64,000 bases of DNA, taken from Acidimicrobiales bacterium. GTDB lineage: Bacteria > Actinomycetota > Acidimicrobiia > Acidimicrobiales > CATQHL01. Under the pieces are notes generated by a model. That model had not been told where the DNA came from. It worked only from the letters and a program-made list of their open reading frames with translations, and did no database searches. The position numbers and the translations under genes were made by a program. Of the stretch, positions 8,996 through 18,581 are shown piece by piece. Where the stretch lies: contig CBDBQD010000001.1 in the NCBI GenBank assembly GCA_965209115.1, forward strand, positions 843,154 to 907,153, read 5' to 3'. The first letter of the stretch is position 1. Each line of letters opens with the position of its first letter.

Positions 8996-10485
8996 GGAGC
9001 ACCGGCCCGCTCGTCGGCTGGACTGCCCATCGTCCGGATAAGCCGCGGTCGCAGAGCAGCGGCCGAGTGCGCCGCCAGAGCACCGCGCCAGACGCCGGCG
9101 CAGTAGGCGGCGTCGGAGAGCAGGGTCGCCGCCGTCCAGCGAAGCGGTCCGAGAGCCGGACGGCGGGTGAGCCAGGTTGCCAGCGGCTCCACGACCAGAG
9201 CCGCCAGGGCCAGGCGCCGTCCCCAGGGCCACGACGCTGCGGCGCCCAGCAGCGGAAGCCACGCCCGGCGCAGCGCCACTGCTGCGTGCCGGCCGGCGGC
9301 GAGTTGGCCTCGCAGCACCATGCGGGAGATCTCCGGGAGTGCGGCGCCGCCGCGGACCGCCGGGCGCCGGTGCAGCCGCCCCACGGCCACGGCTGTGACC
9401 GTCAGCGCCGGCACGGTTCCCTTTCGGCCACCCAGTGCCATCGCCGTCCAGGCGGCGAGGCTCCAAGGGCTCATTTCCAGGGGCGCCAGGGCCTGCGGGT
9501 GGCGCTCCGCCAGGGCCGCCGCGGAGGTGCCGTAGCCGAAGCGCTGGCGTGCCAGCGCCGACCACGAGCGACGGTTGCGGTGCGACACCACGACCGACGG
9601 TTCGTAGCGGATGGTCCACCCCGCCGCGGCGGCCCGCCAGACCAGGTCCACGTCCTCGCCCAGCCGCAGATCCTCGTCGAAGCCGCCGAGTTCCTCCAGC
9701 GCCTCCCGCCGGACCAGGAGTGCCGCCGACGGCACGTACCGCACGCGCCGGCGGGAGGCGACGATGCTGGGCTGGGCGCCCATGTCCAGCGGGGAGGAGT
9801 CCCTCTCGAATCGATCGAGCGCGCCCTGGGGTTCTTCGGGGGCGCGCACTCGCGGCGCCACCGCCGCCACGGTCGGGTCGGCGAAGTGCGCCAGCAGGGG
9901 CGCCAGCCAACCCGCTCCGACCTCCACGTCGGCGTCCAGGAAAGCCACGAACGCTGTGCCCGCCGCTCGCCAGCCCTCGTTGCGTGCCGCTGCCGGTCCC
10001 CGGGCCTCGGGACGGCTGATTAGGCTGGCGTTCGCATGCCGCGCCAACTCGGCGATGGCGTCGGGATGGCGCGAGCCGTCCTCTGCGACGACCAACCGGC
10101 CGGGCCCGGGCGGGTTCGACTCCAGCGACGCCAGCAGCGCGGCGAGACCTTCGGGGTCGTTGCGCACCGGCACGACGCACGTGACCTCGCCGGGATCGAG
10201 GCCACCCGTCGGCGGCGCGGGATGGGCGATACCGGCGTTGCACAGGCGCCGCCCCAGTCGCCGTGCCTCGGCGCTCACGGCAGGCGCCCCGGCGCGCAGG
10301 TTGGCGAGTAGTTTGGCCGCGTGCTCCGACAGCCGCAGTTGTCGCATCGGCGACCCGCCGATCAGCGTCCGGCCGTCGGCACTGCAGCGGGTTCCGGCGT
10401 CGAGGCGGATGCCGAAACCCGCCGGCAGCAGGCCGGTGTCGGGGTTCAGGCCGCCGGCGCGGGGTTGCGGAGCCGGAGGGCACAC
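8965..10485 (-). CDS. mftF: Mycofactocin-system glycosyltransferase (GT2)
   Basis: GT2 core (VVPVRNDPEGL..., DADV, GEDVDLVWR) with a hydrophobic C-terminal part and the N-terminal LPAGFGIRLDAGTR...GGSP...LRLS segment I associate with MftF. It sits back-to-back with mftA. The track ORF extends to 10752, but that extension overlaps mftA, so I place the start at GTG 10485 (start uncertain). Confidence 0.7.
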   Translation of the reverse strand: MCPPAPQPRAGGLNPDTGLLPAGFGIRLDAGTRCSADGRTLIGGSPMRQLRLSEHAAKLLANLRAGAPAVSAEARRLGRRLCNAGIAHPAPPTGGLDPGEVTCVVPVRNDPEGLAALLASLESNPPGPGRLVVAEDGSRHPDAIAELARHANASLISRPEARGPAAARNEGWRAAGTAFVAFLDADVEVGAGWLAPLLAHFADPTVAAVAPRVRAPEEPQGALDRFERDSSPLDMGAQPSIVASRRRVRYVPSAALLVRREALEELGGFDEDLRLGEDVDLVWRAAAAGWTIRYEPSVVVSHRNRRSWSALARQRFGYGTSAAALAERHPQALAPLEMSPWSLAAWTAMALGGRKGTVPALTVTAVAVGRLHRRPAVRGGAALPEISRMVLRGQLAAGRHAAVALRRAWLPLLGAAASWPWGRRLALAALVVEPLATWLTRRPALGPLRWTAATLLSDAAYCAGVWRGALAAHSAAALRPRLIRTMGSPADERAGAPDLGSRPSPG

Positions 10486-10497
10486 GAGGGAGGAACC

Positions 10498-10659
10498 ATG
10501 AGCCGAACGACCGAACTCGATCCGAAGGCCGCCCCGGCTGCGGTCACTGCGGCCCCCGGAGGCGCCGCGGTTGCCGACCCGGGCGGCGAGTCCGACCTCG
10601 ACGAGGAGGAAACGCTGATCGAGGAGATCTCGATCGACGGCATGTGCGGAGTGTATTGA
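10498..10659 (+). CDS. mftA: Mycofactocin precursor peptide
   Basis: 53-aa ORF MSRTTELDPK...DEEETLIEEISIDGMCGVY* ending in the invariant MftA C-terminus IDGMCGVY. RBS gagggagg directly upstream of ATG 10498. It is embedded in track ORF 10321-10659. Confidence 0.85.
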   Translation: MSRTTELDPKAAPAAVTAAPGGAAVADPGGESDLDEEETLIEEISIDGMCGVY

Positions 10660-10714
10660 GCCCCCTCGGGCCGGTCCGGGCGAGCGCCCCCACGAGCCGG
10701 GTTCCGGGGAAGCC

Positions 10715-11491
10715 GTGCCGGTCGCGCTGATCACCGGCGCGGCGCGCGGCATCGGCGCCGCGGCGGCCGAGGCACTGGCCGCGCAGGGCTGGAATCTGGT
10801 GCTCGTGGATGTCTGCGGGAACGATCCGGCCGTCGGCTACCCGCTGGCGAGCCGCGAGGAGCTGGAGGCGAGCGCGCAGCGCTGCGGCGGCGAGGCCGTG
10901 GTCGGCGACGTGCGATCCGCCGCGGACCTCGGGCGGGCGGTCGACGTGGCCGTGGAGCGGTTCGGCGGGTTGGACGCCGCCGTCGGCGTGGCAGGCGTTC
11001 TGATCGCCGCAGGCCGGGTCTGGGAGATGCCCGAACGGCAGTGGCAGACCACCCTCGACACGAACCTCACCGGCACCCTCAATCTGGCCCGCGCCGCGGT
11101 GCCCGCGATGCTCGACCGTCCCGCACCGCGCTCGGGCCGGTTCGTGGCGGTGTCATCGGCGGCCGCGTTGAAGGCTGTGCCCCGCCTGGCGGCCTACAGC
11201 GCCTCGAAGGCGGGAGTCATCGGCCTCGTGCGGGGCCTGGCGGCCGACCTCGCCGACACCGGCGTCACCGCCAACGCCGTCCTGCCCGGCTCGACCGACA
11301 CGATGCTCCTGCGCCACAGCGCCGAGATCTACGGCATCGACGCTCCCACTCGATTCGCCGACCACCACATCGACCACCGCATCGTCGGGCCCGGCGAGGT
11401 GGCCGCCGCCGTGGCCTGGCTCTGCTCGCCCGCCTCCAGCGCCCTCACCGGTGCCGTCATTCCCGCCGACGCCGGCATGACCGCCCGCTGA
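10715..11491 (+). CDS. Mycofactocin-coupled short-chain dehydrogenase/reductase
   Basis: 258 aa. TGAARGIG cofactor motif, YSASK catalytic motif, and the insert VDVCGNDPAVGYPLASREELEA typical of mycofactocin-associated SDR subfamilies. Lies immediately 3' of mftA. Confidence 0.85.
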   Translation: MPVALITGAARGIGAAAAEALAAQGWNLVLVDVCGNDPAVGYPLASREELEASAQRCGGEAVVGDVRSAADLGRAVDVAVERFGGLDAAVGVAGVLIAAGRVWEMPERQWQTTLDTNLTGTLNLARAAVPAMLDRPAPRSGRFVAVSSAAALKAVPRLAAYSASKAGVIGLVRGLAADLADTGVTANAVLPGSTDTMLLRHSAEIYGIDAPTRFADHHIDHRIVGPGEVAAAVAWLCSPASSALTGAVIPADAGMTAR

Positions 11492-11531
11492 TCGGGCCGG
11501 GTTCCTGGTGCCTCGGGCGGGCCGCGACGGG

Positions 11532-12581
11532 TTAGGGGTACTCGGTCCAGCAGAGCTCGGTGATGTGGATCGTCGTCTCCTCCATCTCGCCCGTGAAGGG
11601 ATTCATTCTGGTGGTGTGGATGGTCCTCGCGGGATCGCAGACGATGAACGGCTCACCCCGCTCCCTCAACTCGAAGTAGGTGCTCTCGACACTCTGCCAG
11701 TTGTCCGCGTGGTCGGGGTCGCCCTTGCTGCTCGTCGGGTAGTTCAGCACCACCAACGACTCCTCGTCGGTCGACTCGTCGATGCTCGCCTCGCCCGGGT
11801 CGGTCTCGTCCGGCTGCTCGTGCTCGAACCAGTCCGGTGCTTCGGAGTCGGTGGTCGTGGTGGTCTCGTCGCCGTCGCCGTCGCCGTCGGATTCCGTCCG
11901 CTGGATCGATATCTGCTGCCCGTTGGGAGAGATCGTGACGACGTTGCCGCCCTCCGGGCGATCGACGATCTCGATGCCGTTGTCGAGGACCTCCTTGGTC
12001 TCCGGCCAGCTTTCCTTGGCGACGACATCGGGCTCGGGGTCTGCGTCCGCGGCCGGCTCGCCCGGTTGATCGGATCCAGGAGGCGTCTCGGCCTGTTGCG
12101 GCAGTTCGGGCTGCGCGGTGGGCTGGACCGGGTCGTCGATGGGCAGGGCATCGGCTGAGATCGCCTCGATGTGGCTGACCTGGACCTCGCCGCCGCCGGA
12201 CCGTTCCGGCGCGAACGAGAACACGTAGCAGGCGCCGTCGTCCTGGCCGCAGGACGAGCCGGCGCGGAAGTCCTCCTGGGTCTCGCTGGTCGCGGTGATG
12301 ATCTCTGGGTCGCCGCCGACGGTGACCACGAACTGCACGCCTTCGTCCCAGGCGAGCCCGCGGGTGGTGACCAGCGTGCAGTCGATCAGGCCGTCCACCG
12401 CCTCACAGGTCAATGAGACGACGAGCCCGCCGGGCTCGTCAGCGTCGGAGGTCGACGCCCTCGCGGGCTGATTGACGGAGTCGACGAACGCCGCGCCGCC
12501 CAGCGCCGCCGGCAGCAACGCCGACGCGAGGACCGCCCGACGGACGACTGCTGATTTCGTGGCGGACCCGAGGGGGGACAT
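11532..12581 (-). CDS. Secreted acidic hypothetical protein
   Basis: 349-aa ORF with signal-like N-terminus (AVLASALLPAALGGAAF), a very acidic low-complexity middle (DGDGDGDETTTTTDSE) and paired Cys. No family recognised. Confidence 0.5.
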   Translation of the reverse strand: MSPLGSATKSAVVRRAVLASALLPAALGGAAFVDSVNQPARASTSDADEPGGLVVSLTCEAVDGLIDCTLVTTRGLAWDEGVQFVVTVGGDPEIITATSETQEDFRAGSSCGQDDGACYVFSFAPERSGGGEVQVSHIEAISADALPIDDPVQPTAQPELPQQAETPPGSDQPGEPAADADPEPDVVAKESWPETKEVLDNGIEIVDRPEGGNVVTISPNGQQISIQRTESDGDGDGDETTTTTDSEAPDWFEHEQPDETDPGEASIDESTDEESLVVLNYPTSSKGDPDHADNWQSVESTYFELRERGEPFIVCDPARTIHTTRMNPFTGEMEETTIHITELCWTEYP

Positions 12582-12788
12582 GGCTGCTCATTCTTCTGCG
12601 GTTCCGTAAGCGCAAGGCATGTTACCACCCGGTCCCCGTCGCCGTCAGCGGATCGGTCCGTGCCGGTCAGCGGGTCGGAAGGGGTTCCGGATCGGGACTG
12701 CCGGCCGCTGGGGGCAGCCTCTTGCGCGCGCTCAGCGTTTGTGGTATATGCTTTGACCGGTATCCACCAAACGAACGGGGGATTGACT

Positions 12789-13568
12789 GTGAGGCGGATT
12801 ACGATCGCAACTGTCGTGGCGATGCTCGCCGGGGTCCTGTCGGCCGCGCCGGCGCTCGCCCAGGACATTCCGGAAGGCGTAGCCTTCGAGGGGTACAGCG
12901 CGCCCTTCAATGCCCCGTGCCCCGTGGGCGCCGACGGCACGGGCAGCATCTCCGACACCGCCAACGACGGGTGGTGCGACCTGATGGTCCGGGGCGCCGT
13001 CACCCAGGCTGACATAACTCCCCAGGGCATTGCCAACACGTACAGTCGAGGCGATTTCACCTGGGTGGAGATCAACGTGTCGCTGGCCTCGGGCGTGTCG
13101 ACCCAGATCGAGGTGTTCAACGGACAATCCACCTACTACCTGACCGTCACGCAGAGCGGAGCGCGGCGGAACTACGTGCCCGCGCCCACGTCCGACGACC
13201 CCGGTTCCTGCCCGGCCGGCTACGCCGCCTACGCTGCGGGCGCGACACTCTCCCAGGGCATCGACTATCCCACCGAAGACGGCAACTCCGCCTTCGAGAC
13301 GACAGGGATCGTGTGCCTCTACATACAGAACCCGACCCCTCAGCCCCCACCCCCGCCGCAGCCGCCCAATTTCACGCCGCAGCAAGCCCAGGCCGCATGC
13401 GACCGGGCCTGGGACTCGATCATTCCCGGAGGCGCGAACCACGAAGCCTTCTACTCTTTCGACGAAAACGGCCGAAGGATGTACCGCCCTCAGGATGACT
13501 GCGGCGACGCTTGGGACAAGGCGTACGCGGCGGGCTACACCTACGACGACCTGTACTCTGATGAGTGA
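12789..13568 (+). CDS. Secreted hypothetical protein with Pro-rich linker
   Basis: GTG 12789 gives VRRITIATVVAMLAGVLSAAPALA|QD, a signal peptide. Contains several Cys and a PQPPPPPQPP linker. The track ORF begins earlier (12660), but that extension lacks signal logic. Confidence 0.5.
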   Translation: MRRITIATVVAMLAGVLSAAPALAQDIPEGVAFEGYSAPFNAPCPVGADGTGSISDTANDGWCDLMVRGAVTQADITPQGIANTYSRGDFTWVEINVSLASGVSTQIEVFNGQSTYYLTVTQSGARRNYVPAPTSDDPGSCPAGYAAYAAGATLSQGIDYPTEDGNSAFETTGIVCLYIQNPTPQPPPPPQPPNFTPQQAQAACDRAWDSIIPGGANHEAFYSFDENGRRMYRPQDDCGDAWDKAYAAGYTYDDLYSDE

Positions 13569-13735
13569 GGGTGACCTGTAGCGACTTGCGCAACAGCGAG
13601 TAGCGGCTCGCCGGAGAACCCGGGCTCGTCGAGCCCGGGTTCCTGCAACCGGGCGAACCCGGCGGCCCAGGGCCCCGGGGAGTTCCCCGACTTTCATCGC
13701 TCCTGAGCATCCCGGGCACGCAGCCGTAGAGTGCC

Positions 13736-14716
13736 TTGGTGAGCGATCCAGCGGCCGTCACGCCGGGCGGCCGAACCCTCGCCGGCCGCAGCGAGCTCTC
13801 TCTGGGCATCGCCGGCACGACTCTGGCAGTCACCGCTTGGGGCGCCTCGAGCGTGGTCGCCAAGATCATCGACATGGGTGCGCTGGCTCTCATCGCCTAC
13901 CGCTTCCTGCTCTTCGCGATCGTCATGAGCGCCGTGCTGACGGCGCGGCGAGTACCCATCACACGCTTCCACATGCGCCACTCGATCTGGGGCGGTGTGA
14001 CTCTCGGGATCGACGCGGGCCTGTTCTTCACTGCCGTGAAGTTCACGACCGTTGCAAACGCCACCATCATCAACGCCCTGCAGATCGTCATTGTGTCGTT
14101 CGTGTCGGCGAGGCTCTACGGGGAGCGCATGCCCCGTCGAGACATCGGCTACGCGGCGTTGGCCATGGTGGGTGTCGCCGTCGTCGCATTCGAGTCGGCG
14201 AGCAGCGACAGCTGGTCCCTCGGCGGCGACCTGGCCGCGATCGGTGCCCTGTTCGGGTGGTCTGCGTACTTCATCGCCACGCGGCACGCCCGGGACAAGG
14301 TGGATGCACAGCAGTACACCGTGTGCGTCGCCATCTACGTGGGGCTGATCAACCTGCCGCTGGCGGCCATTTTCGGCCAGGATCTCTCGTGGCCCAGCGG
14401 CGAGAGTTGGATGTGGCTGGTGGTGATGGCGTTCGGCTCCGGCGTTCTCGGCCACACCGCCATGAACTGGTCGTTGCGGCACGTCCCTCTCTGGTTGGCA
14501 TCGACGCTGACGCTGCTCATCCCGGTGGTGGCGTCGGGGCTTGCGTGGCTCATCTTCGACGAGTCCCTGACGGTCCGGCAGATGGTGGCCATCGCGGTGG
14601 TCGTGGCAGCACTGACGATGATCGTGCGCCACCAGTCACGGCCCCGGATCGGCGGAGTCCCCGCTGCCGAGTCCGGCCCGGCCGCGGCCGCCGGGCAGGT
14701 CGAGGAAGGGCGCTAG
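13736..14716 (+). CDS. EamA/DMT-family transporter
   Basis: 326 aa with roughly ten hydrophobic spans and two EamA-like halves. Confidence 0.8.
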   Translation: MVSDPAAVTPGGRTLAGRSELSLGIAGTTLAVTAWGASSVVAKIIDMGALALIAYRFLLFAIVMSAVLTARRVPITRFHMRHSIWGGVTLGIDAGLFFTAVKFTTVANATIINALQIVIVSFVSARLYGERMPRRDIGYAALAMVGVAVVAFESASSDSWSLGGDLAAIGALFGWSAYFIATRHARDKVDAQQYTVCVAIYVGLINLPLAAIFGQDLSWPSGESWMWLVVMAFGSGVLGHTAMNWSLRHVPLWLASTLTLLIPVVASGLAWLIFDESLTVRQMVAIAVVVAALTMIVRHQSRPRIGGVPAAESGPAAAAGQVEEGR

Positions 14717-14728
14717 CGGGACTGCTGC

Positions 14729-16960
14729 TCAGCCGGGAAGCGTCAGGCGGGCGCGGCGGTCCAGCGTGTCGAGGTCGTTGCTCTGCAGCAGCGAGTTTGA
14801 CAGCGTCCAGACGTCGTCGCCGATGATCAGCGAGCGCTCGATGCGTTCGGCGTCGCCGCGGTCCCGCGGCCAGCAGAGTTGGATGCGGTCGTTCTCGCCG
14901 ACCCGCAGGTCGATGGCGTCGAGGTCGATGTCCCAGTTGCGGGCGGCGGTCGCCGGCACGGTCTCGCAGTCGTAGCCGACGGGGTTGCCGACCTGCTCGG
15001 GCGTGCAGACCAGCAGGAGCGGGATCTCCCAGCCCTGCTCGAGGGTCTCGCTGTCGAACTCGTGGTAGCAGTCGGTGGCGAAGGTGAAGTCCTCGGTGCT
15101 GTGGGTGATGAGCCCCCGGTAGTCGAGGCCCTTCTCCCTGGTGACTTCGAAGGCGGCGCCGCCGCCGGGCACCTCGTTGCGCCACGACCAGACCGGCACG
15201 ATCATGAGACTCTCCGGCGCCCACCACAGGAACGCCCGGTGATCCCACTCCACCACGCTCTCGGCGTCGGCGAGGGTCCACGTGTCGATCTCGGCGGGCT
15301 CGGCCGGGTCGGACACATCGAACAGCGACGCCTTGAAGCCCGTGATGCGCCCGTTCTCGTCGGCGTCGCGGCCGATGCCGACGAGCAGTCCGTCGCCGAC
15401 GGGGTGCAGGTACGCGGAGTAGCCGGGGATCTTCAGTTCGCCCAGCACGGCCGGGTCGGTGGGGTCGGCGAGATCCACCACGTAGAGGGGATCCACTTGG
15501 CGGAACGTCACCACATAGGCGCGGTCGCCGATGTACCGCACGGAGTGGATGCGCTCGCCCCGTCCCATGTCGCCGGCGCTTCCGACCACCGCCAACACGT
15601 CGCCCTTCTGGGCGAGCGCGAAGATTAGGCTCTCACTCTGCCGGTCGGCGCTCCATGGCGAGCCGTCGGTCACCGCCACGAACAGGTGCCCGTCGTGCTC
15701 GTGCATCGAGAACTGGTTCAGCAGGTGGCCTTTCACCGATCCCGAAGCCTCGTAGACGGCGGCGCCGCCGGGAGTGAGTGAGAACTTGTGGATCGAGGTT
15801 CGGTAGCGGTCGTCGATCTCGCGGAACCAGCCGTCGTCGTCGAAGAACGGCTGCGGCAGCCACGTGTTCGTCGCCACGTACAGGTTCCGGTGGCTGGCGT
15901 AGATCGTCTCGCCGGCGGCGAACGTGGAGGCGCCGTCGCCGACCGTCAGGGGCTCGTTCAGGTCGAAGGTCAGCACGGCCAGCGACCCGAAGCCGGAGAA
16001 CCGCGACGGCACGTACACCCGGTCGCACGCCAGGAGTCGGCCCTCCGCGGTGACCGTGCCTTCCGAGGAGACCACCCGGTAGTCCGGCAGCCAGTCCTCG
16101 AGCGTGCTCTCCGCCACGACCTGGCGGTTGGCGGCGGCGGCGATGGGCTCGCCGGCGCGGTTTCGCGGGTAGACGAACGCCAACTCGCTCGGGTACGAGA
16201 CGATGACCACCCGGGCGGTGCCTTCGATGGACCGCGAGCTGACGTAGCGGCCCTCGGTGTGCAGGCTGCGTCCCCGGCGGGGCGTGCCGTCGAGGAGGAT
16301 CTCGTCGATGATGACGATGTCGCGGCTGTAGCCGCCGATGCGGTCGTCGGCGGACAGGGGCTCGATGGTGCCGTAGTGGTTGTTGATGACCAGCACCCGG
16401 TCGCCGTGCAGCAGCAGTTCGCCGCCCCAGCGATCACCCAGCAGCACCCTGCCGGTGACGGTCGGCTCGGCGCCGGTGATGTCCACTACGGTGAGGGTGC
16501 CGTTGCGCACCGTGATGATGCGGCGCCCGTCGGTCTTGACGATGTCGGGCTCGTCCACGCCGATCACCTGCACGTTCGTGCCGGAGAAGTCGGCCCCGCC
16601 GGCGCTGTCGTCGCTGTCCGCGACGGCAGGCGCCGCCTGCGCAGCGCTCTCCGCAACCGCGAAGTCGGCCTCGGCCTCCTCGACGGCGTCGGCGCGCACC
16701 CCGACGAACGGCCCGAACCGGTTGTCGTCGAGGCCGTAGGGTCCGACGCGGCTCATCGCCTCGGCCCGGATGTGCGCCAGCAGGGCGTCGCAGCCCTCGA
16801 AGTTCTGCAGGGTCGAGGCGAACTCCGTCCCGGGTGCCGGACTCCCCACCGGCGTCGAGGTCGGCGTCGTCCCGGCGGGCGTCTCCTCACCGGTTCCGAT
16901 CCCGGCGCATTCGGTCAAGGGAAGGATCAGGGTCAGGATGCCGGCGATCAGTGAGCGCAT
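14729..16960 (-). CDS. Beta-propeller domain lipoprotein (COG4880 / Beta_propel-like)
   Basis: 743 aa with a lipoprotein-like N-terminus (LILPLTEC). The C-terminal block RAYVVTFRQVDPLYVVDLADPTDPAVLGELKIPGYSAYLHP is what I remember for the Beta_propel family. Confidence 0.7.
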   Translation of the reverse strand: MRSLIAGILTLILPLTECAGIGTGEETPAGTTPTSTPVGSPAPGTEFASTLQNFEGCDALLAHIRAEAMSRVGPYGLDDNRFGPFVGVRADAVEEAEADFAVAESAAQAAPAVADSDDSAGGADFSGTNVQVIGVDEPDIVKTDGRRIITVRNGTLTVVDITGAEPTVTGRVLLGDRWGGELLLHGDRVLVINNHYGTIEPLSADDRIGGYSRDIVIIDEILLDGTPRRGRSLHTEGRYVSSRSIEGTARVVIVSYPSELAFVYPRNRAGEPIAAAANRQVVAESTLEDWLPDYRVVSSEGTVTAEGRLLACDRVYVPSRFSGFGSLAVLTFDLNEPLTVGDGASTFAAGETIYASHRNLYVATNTWLPQPFFDDDGWFREIDDRYRTSIHKFSLTPGGAAVYEASGSVKGHLLNQFSMHEHDGHLFVAVTDGSPWSADRQSESLIFALAQKGDVLAVVGSAGDMGRGERIHSVRYIGDRAYVVTFRQVDPLYVVDLADPTDPAVLGELKIPGYSAYLHPVGDGLLVGIGRDADENGRITGFKASLFDVSDPAEPAEIDTWTLADAESVVEWDHRAFLWWAPESLMIVPVWSWRNEVPGGGAAFEVTREKGLDYRGLITHSTEDFTFATDCYHEFDSETLEQGWEIPLLLVCTPEQVGNPVGYDCETVPATAARNWDIDLDAIDLRVGENDRIQLCWPRDRGDAERIERSLIIGDDVWTLSNSLLQSNDLDTLDRRARLTLPG

Positions 16961-17176
16961 GATTGTCTCCTTTTCGTCCCGACGGCGGCGCTCCGAGATG
17001 GGACCGGGGCGCGCCCCGCCAGGTTCTGTGTCGTGACCGTACCGGTTCCGGTCCTCTCACCGGTGTCTGACGATTGCCGGGCTCATCTGGTTCCCACGCG
17101 TGTGGGAATCTCTACGATCTCACCGTCTCATGCTGCACCCGCCGGATTGCGCGAAGCGCGCAATACGGCCGGCGGG

Positions 17177-17205
17177 TTGCCCGGCCATTGCGGTTGGCGT
17201 ATCCT
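17177..17205 (+). promoter_or_regulatory. Putative promoter of the initiator tRNA
   Basis: TTGCCC (17177-17182), 17 nt spacer, TATCCT (17200-17205). The mature tRNA 5' end is 11 nt downstream. Confidence 0.25.
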
Positions 17206-17216
17206 CATAGATCCGC

Positions 17217-17292
<76 letters not shown>

Positions 17293-17299
17293 ACGAACT

Positions 17300-17328
17300 C
17301 CCAGGTCAGAGCGTCGCTCTGGTCTGGG
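17300..17328 (+). terminator. Hairpin immediately 3' of the tRNA (terminator/processing stem)
   Basis: cccaggtcagagc-gtc-gctctggtctggg, a 13-bp stem with two G-U pairs. A diverged copy follows the partial tRNA repeat at about 23713-23741. Confidence 0.4.
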
Positions 17329-17415
17329 ATTCGCCGTCTGGAAAGCTGAGTACCCAAGTCGCTGACCTGACATTCGGTGTGGCACAGTGTTGTCCCGGCA
17401 GGAGTTCGGGACCAG

Positions 17416-17709
17416 CTATGGGGCAGCCAGGGGGAGACTCTGCCAGCGGGCAGTCTGACGATCAAAGGACAGGCGCAGCTTCTGATGGCTCTGAATCCCA
17501 GGACGGCCTCGATAGAGGCCTATGCCGGCCAGCACGCGCCGCGAACCACCGGAGGCGCCGAGTGTGAGGAGCAGGTCGCCGAGCAGGTCCGGATGGACGT
17601 GGCCCACCGTCGGCGGATCGCCGGGGGCGCCGAACAGCTCGCGGGCGCGGTGGTAGGTGTTCTGGTAGTCGACGAACACGGCGACGCGGCGATCAGGAAC
17701 GGAGGTCAC
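17416..17709 (-). pseudogene. NYN-domain-like fragment (truncated)
   Basis: The C-terminal part of track ORF 17416-17991 reads RRVAVFVDYQNTYHRARELFG...HPDLLGDLLL...VLAGIGLYRG, resembling the start of NYN/LabA-like nuclease domains. The ORF stops early near attL. The rest of the track ORF looks non-coding. GTG 17709 is a possible start. Confidence 0.3.
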
Positions 17710-18581
17710 AAAATAAGTAACCCCGCCATGCCCGGCAGTGCCGGCCAAGCGGGGAGGAATACACAGAACTATAGCGTTCCACGCTGCAATCGCAAGTCGC
17801 TCGCTCTCCGGCGGCGGGCGCGTCCGGCAGTCCGAGGGTGCCGTGGCTGCTTTCGCGCAAACCCCCGAGATCTGCATTCGCTGTCGACGGTCGGAATCGG
17901 TGCCGTGGCGCGGGGCGCAGTCGACGAAGGGCCGTGCTGTCTCGCATTCGCCGGCGGAGGTCGCCAGGACTCCCGCAGTTGTGCGTGACATGTGGATGTT
18001 GTCGGCGACCGCCGGGTCCCTCGCCGCTTGGTGTCAAGCGGCGGGAGCGATCGACGCTTCAGCGGCCACCCAACAGCGGCCCTCGGCGTCCGTCGCGGCC
18101 ATCGGAGCGCCCGCGGTAACGGCCATACCTCGGCGTCGTCATGCCTCCAGCGGAGGCACACGCGTACATCGTCTCTGATCACTGGACATTTCCTTCTGGC
18201 GATCTTGGTTCATCTGGCTCTCGCGGGTGCTCGTTCTGGCGGTCTGCTCTGTGGCTGTTGCTCATGGTGGGGTTCTCGCTGGAGGTCTCGTGCTGTTCTC
18301 CTCACTTGTCGATGGATTCTCTGGCCTTGCCATCTCATGTTCCCGTTCGGAGAATCTCGCGGTTCGCTCATGTTCTGGTGTGGATTGCGTTCGCATCACC
18401 GCCACCCAGCGGCGAAACGGCGCCCGTCGGCCCCGCCACCCGCGAGCGGCCGCTGGTGATCGGACAGCGAGCGGAATGACAGCCCCGAACAGGTTGGGAA
18501 CCATGTAGGTTCCTAGCCGAGGTGGGTTTGCTGACACTGGTTGGGCGGACTGTTCCGACCCGCCGCCTGGTCTCGCTAGCG

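Noticed and set aside
7388-10483. 1031-aa minus-strand ORF spanning the amidase and mftF regions
   Set aside because: It has Arg/Pro/Gly-rich composition. It overlaps the well-supported amidase antisense and lies out of frame with mftF. This is a typical long spurious ORF of high-GC DNA.
10486-10752. N-terminal extension of the mftF track ORF (to 10752)
   Set aside because: It would completely overlap mftA on the opposite strand, and its sequence is not MftF-like. The conserved N-terminal segment begins just after GTG 10485.
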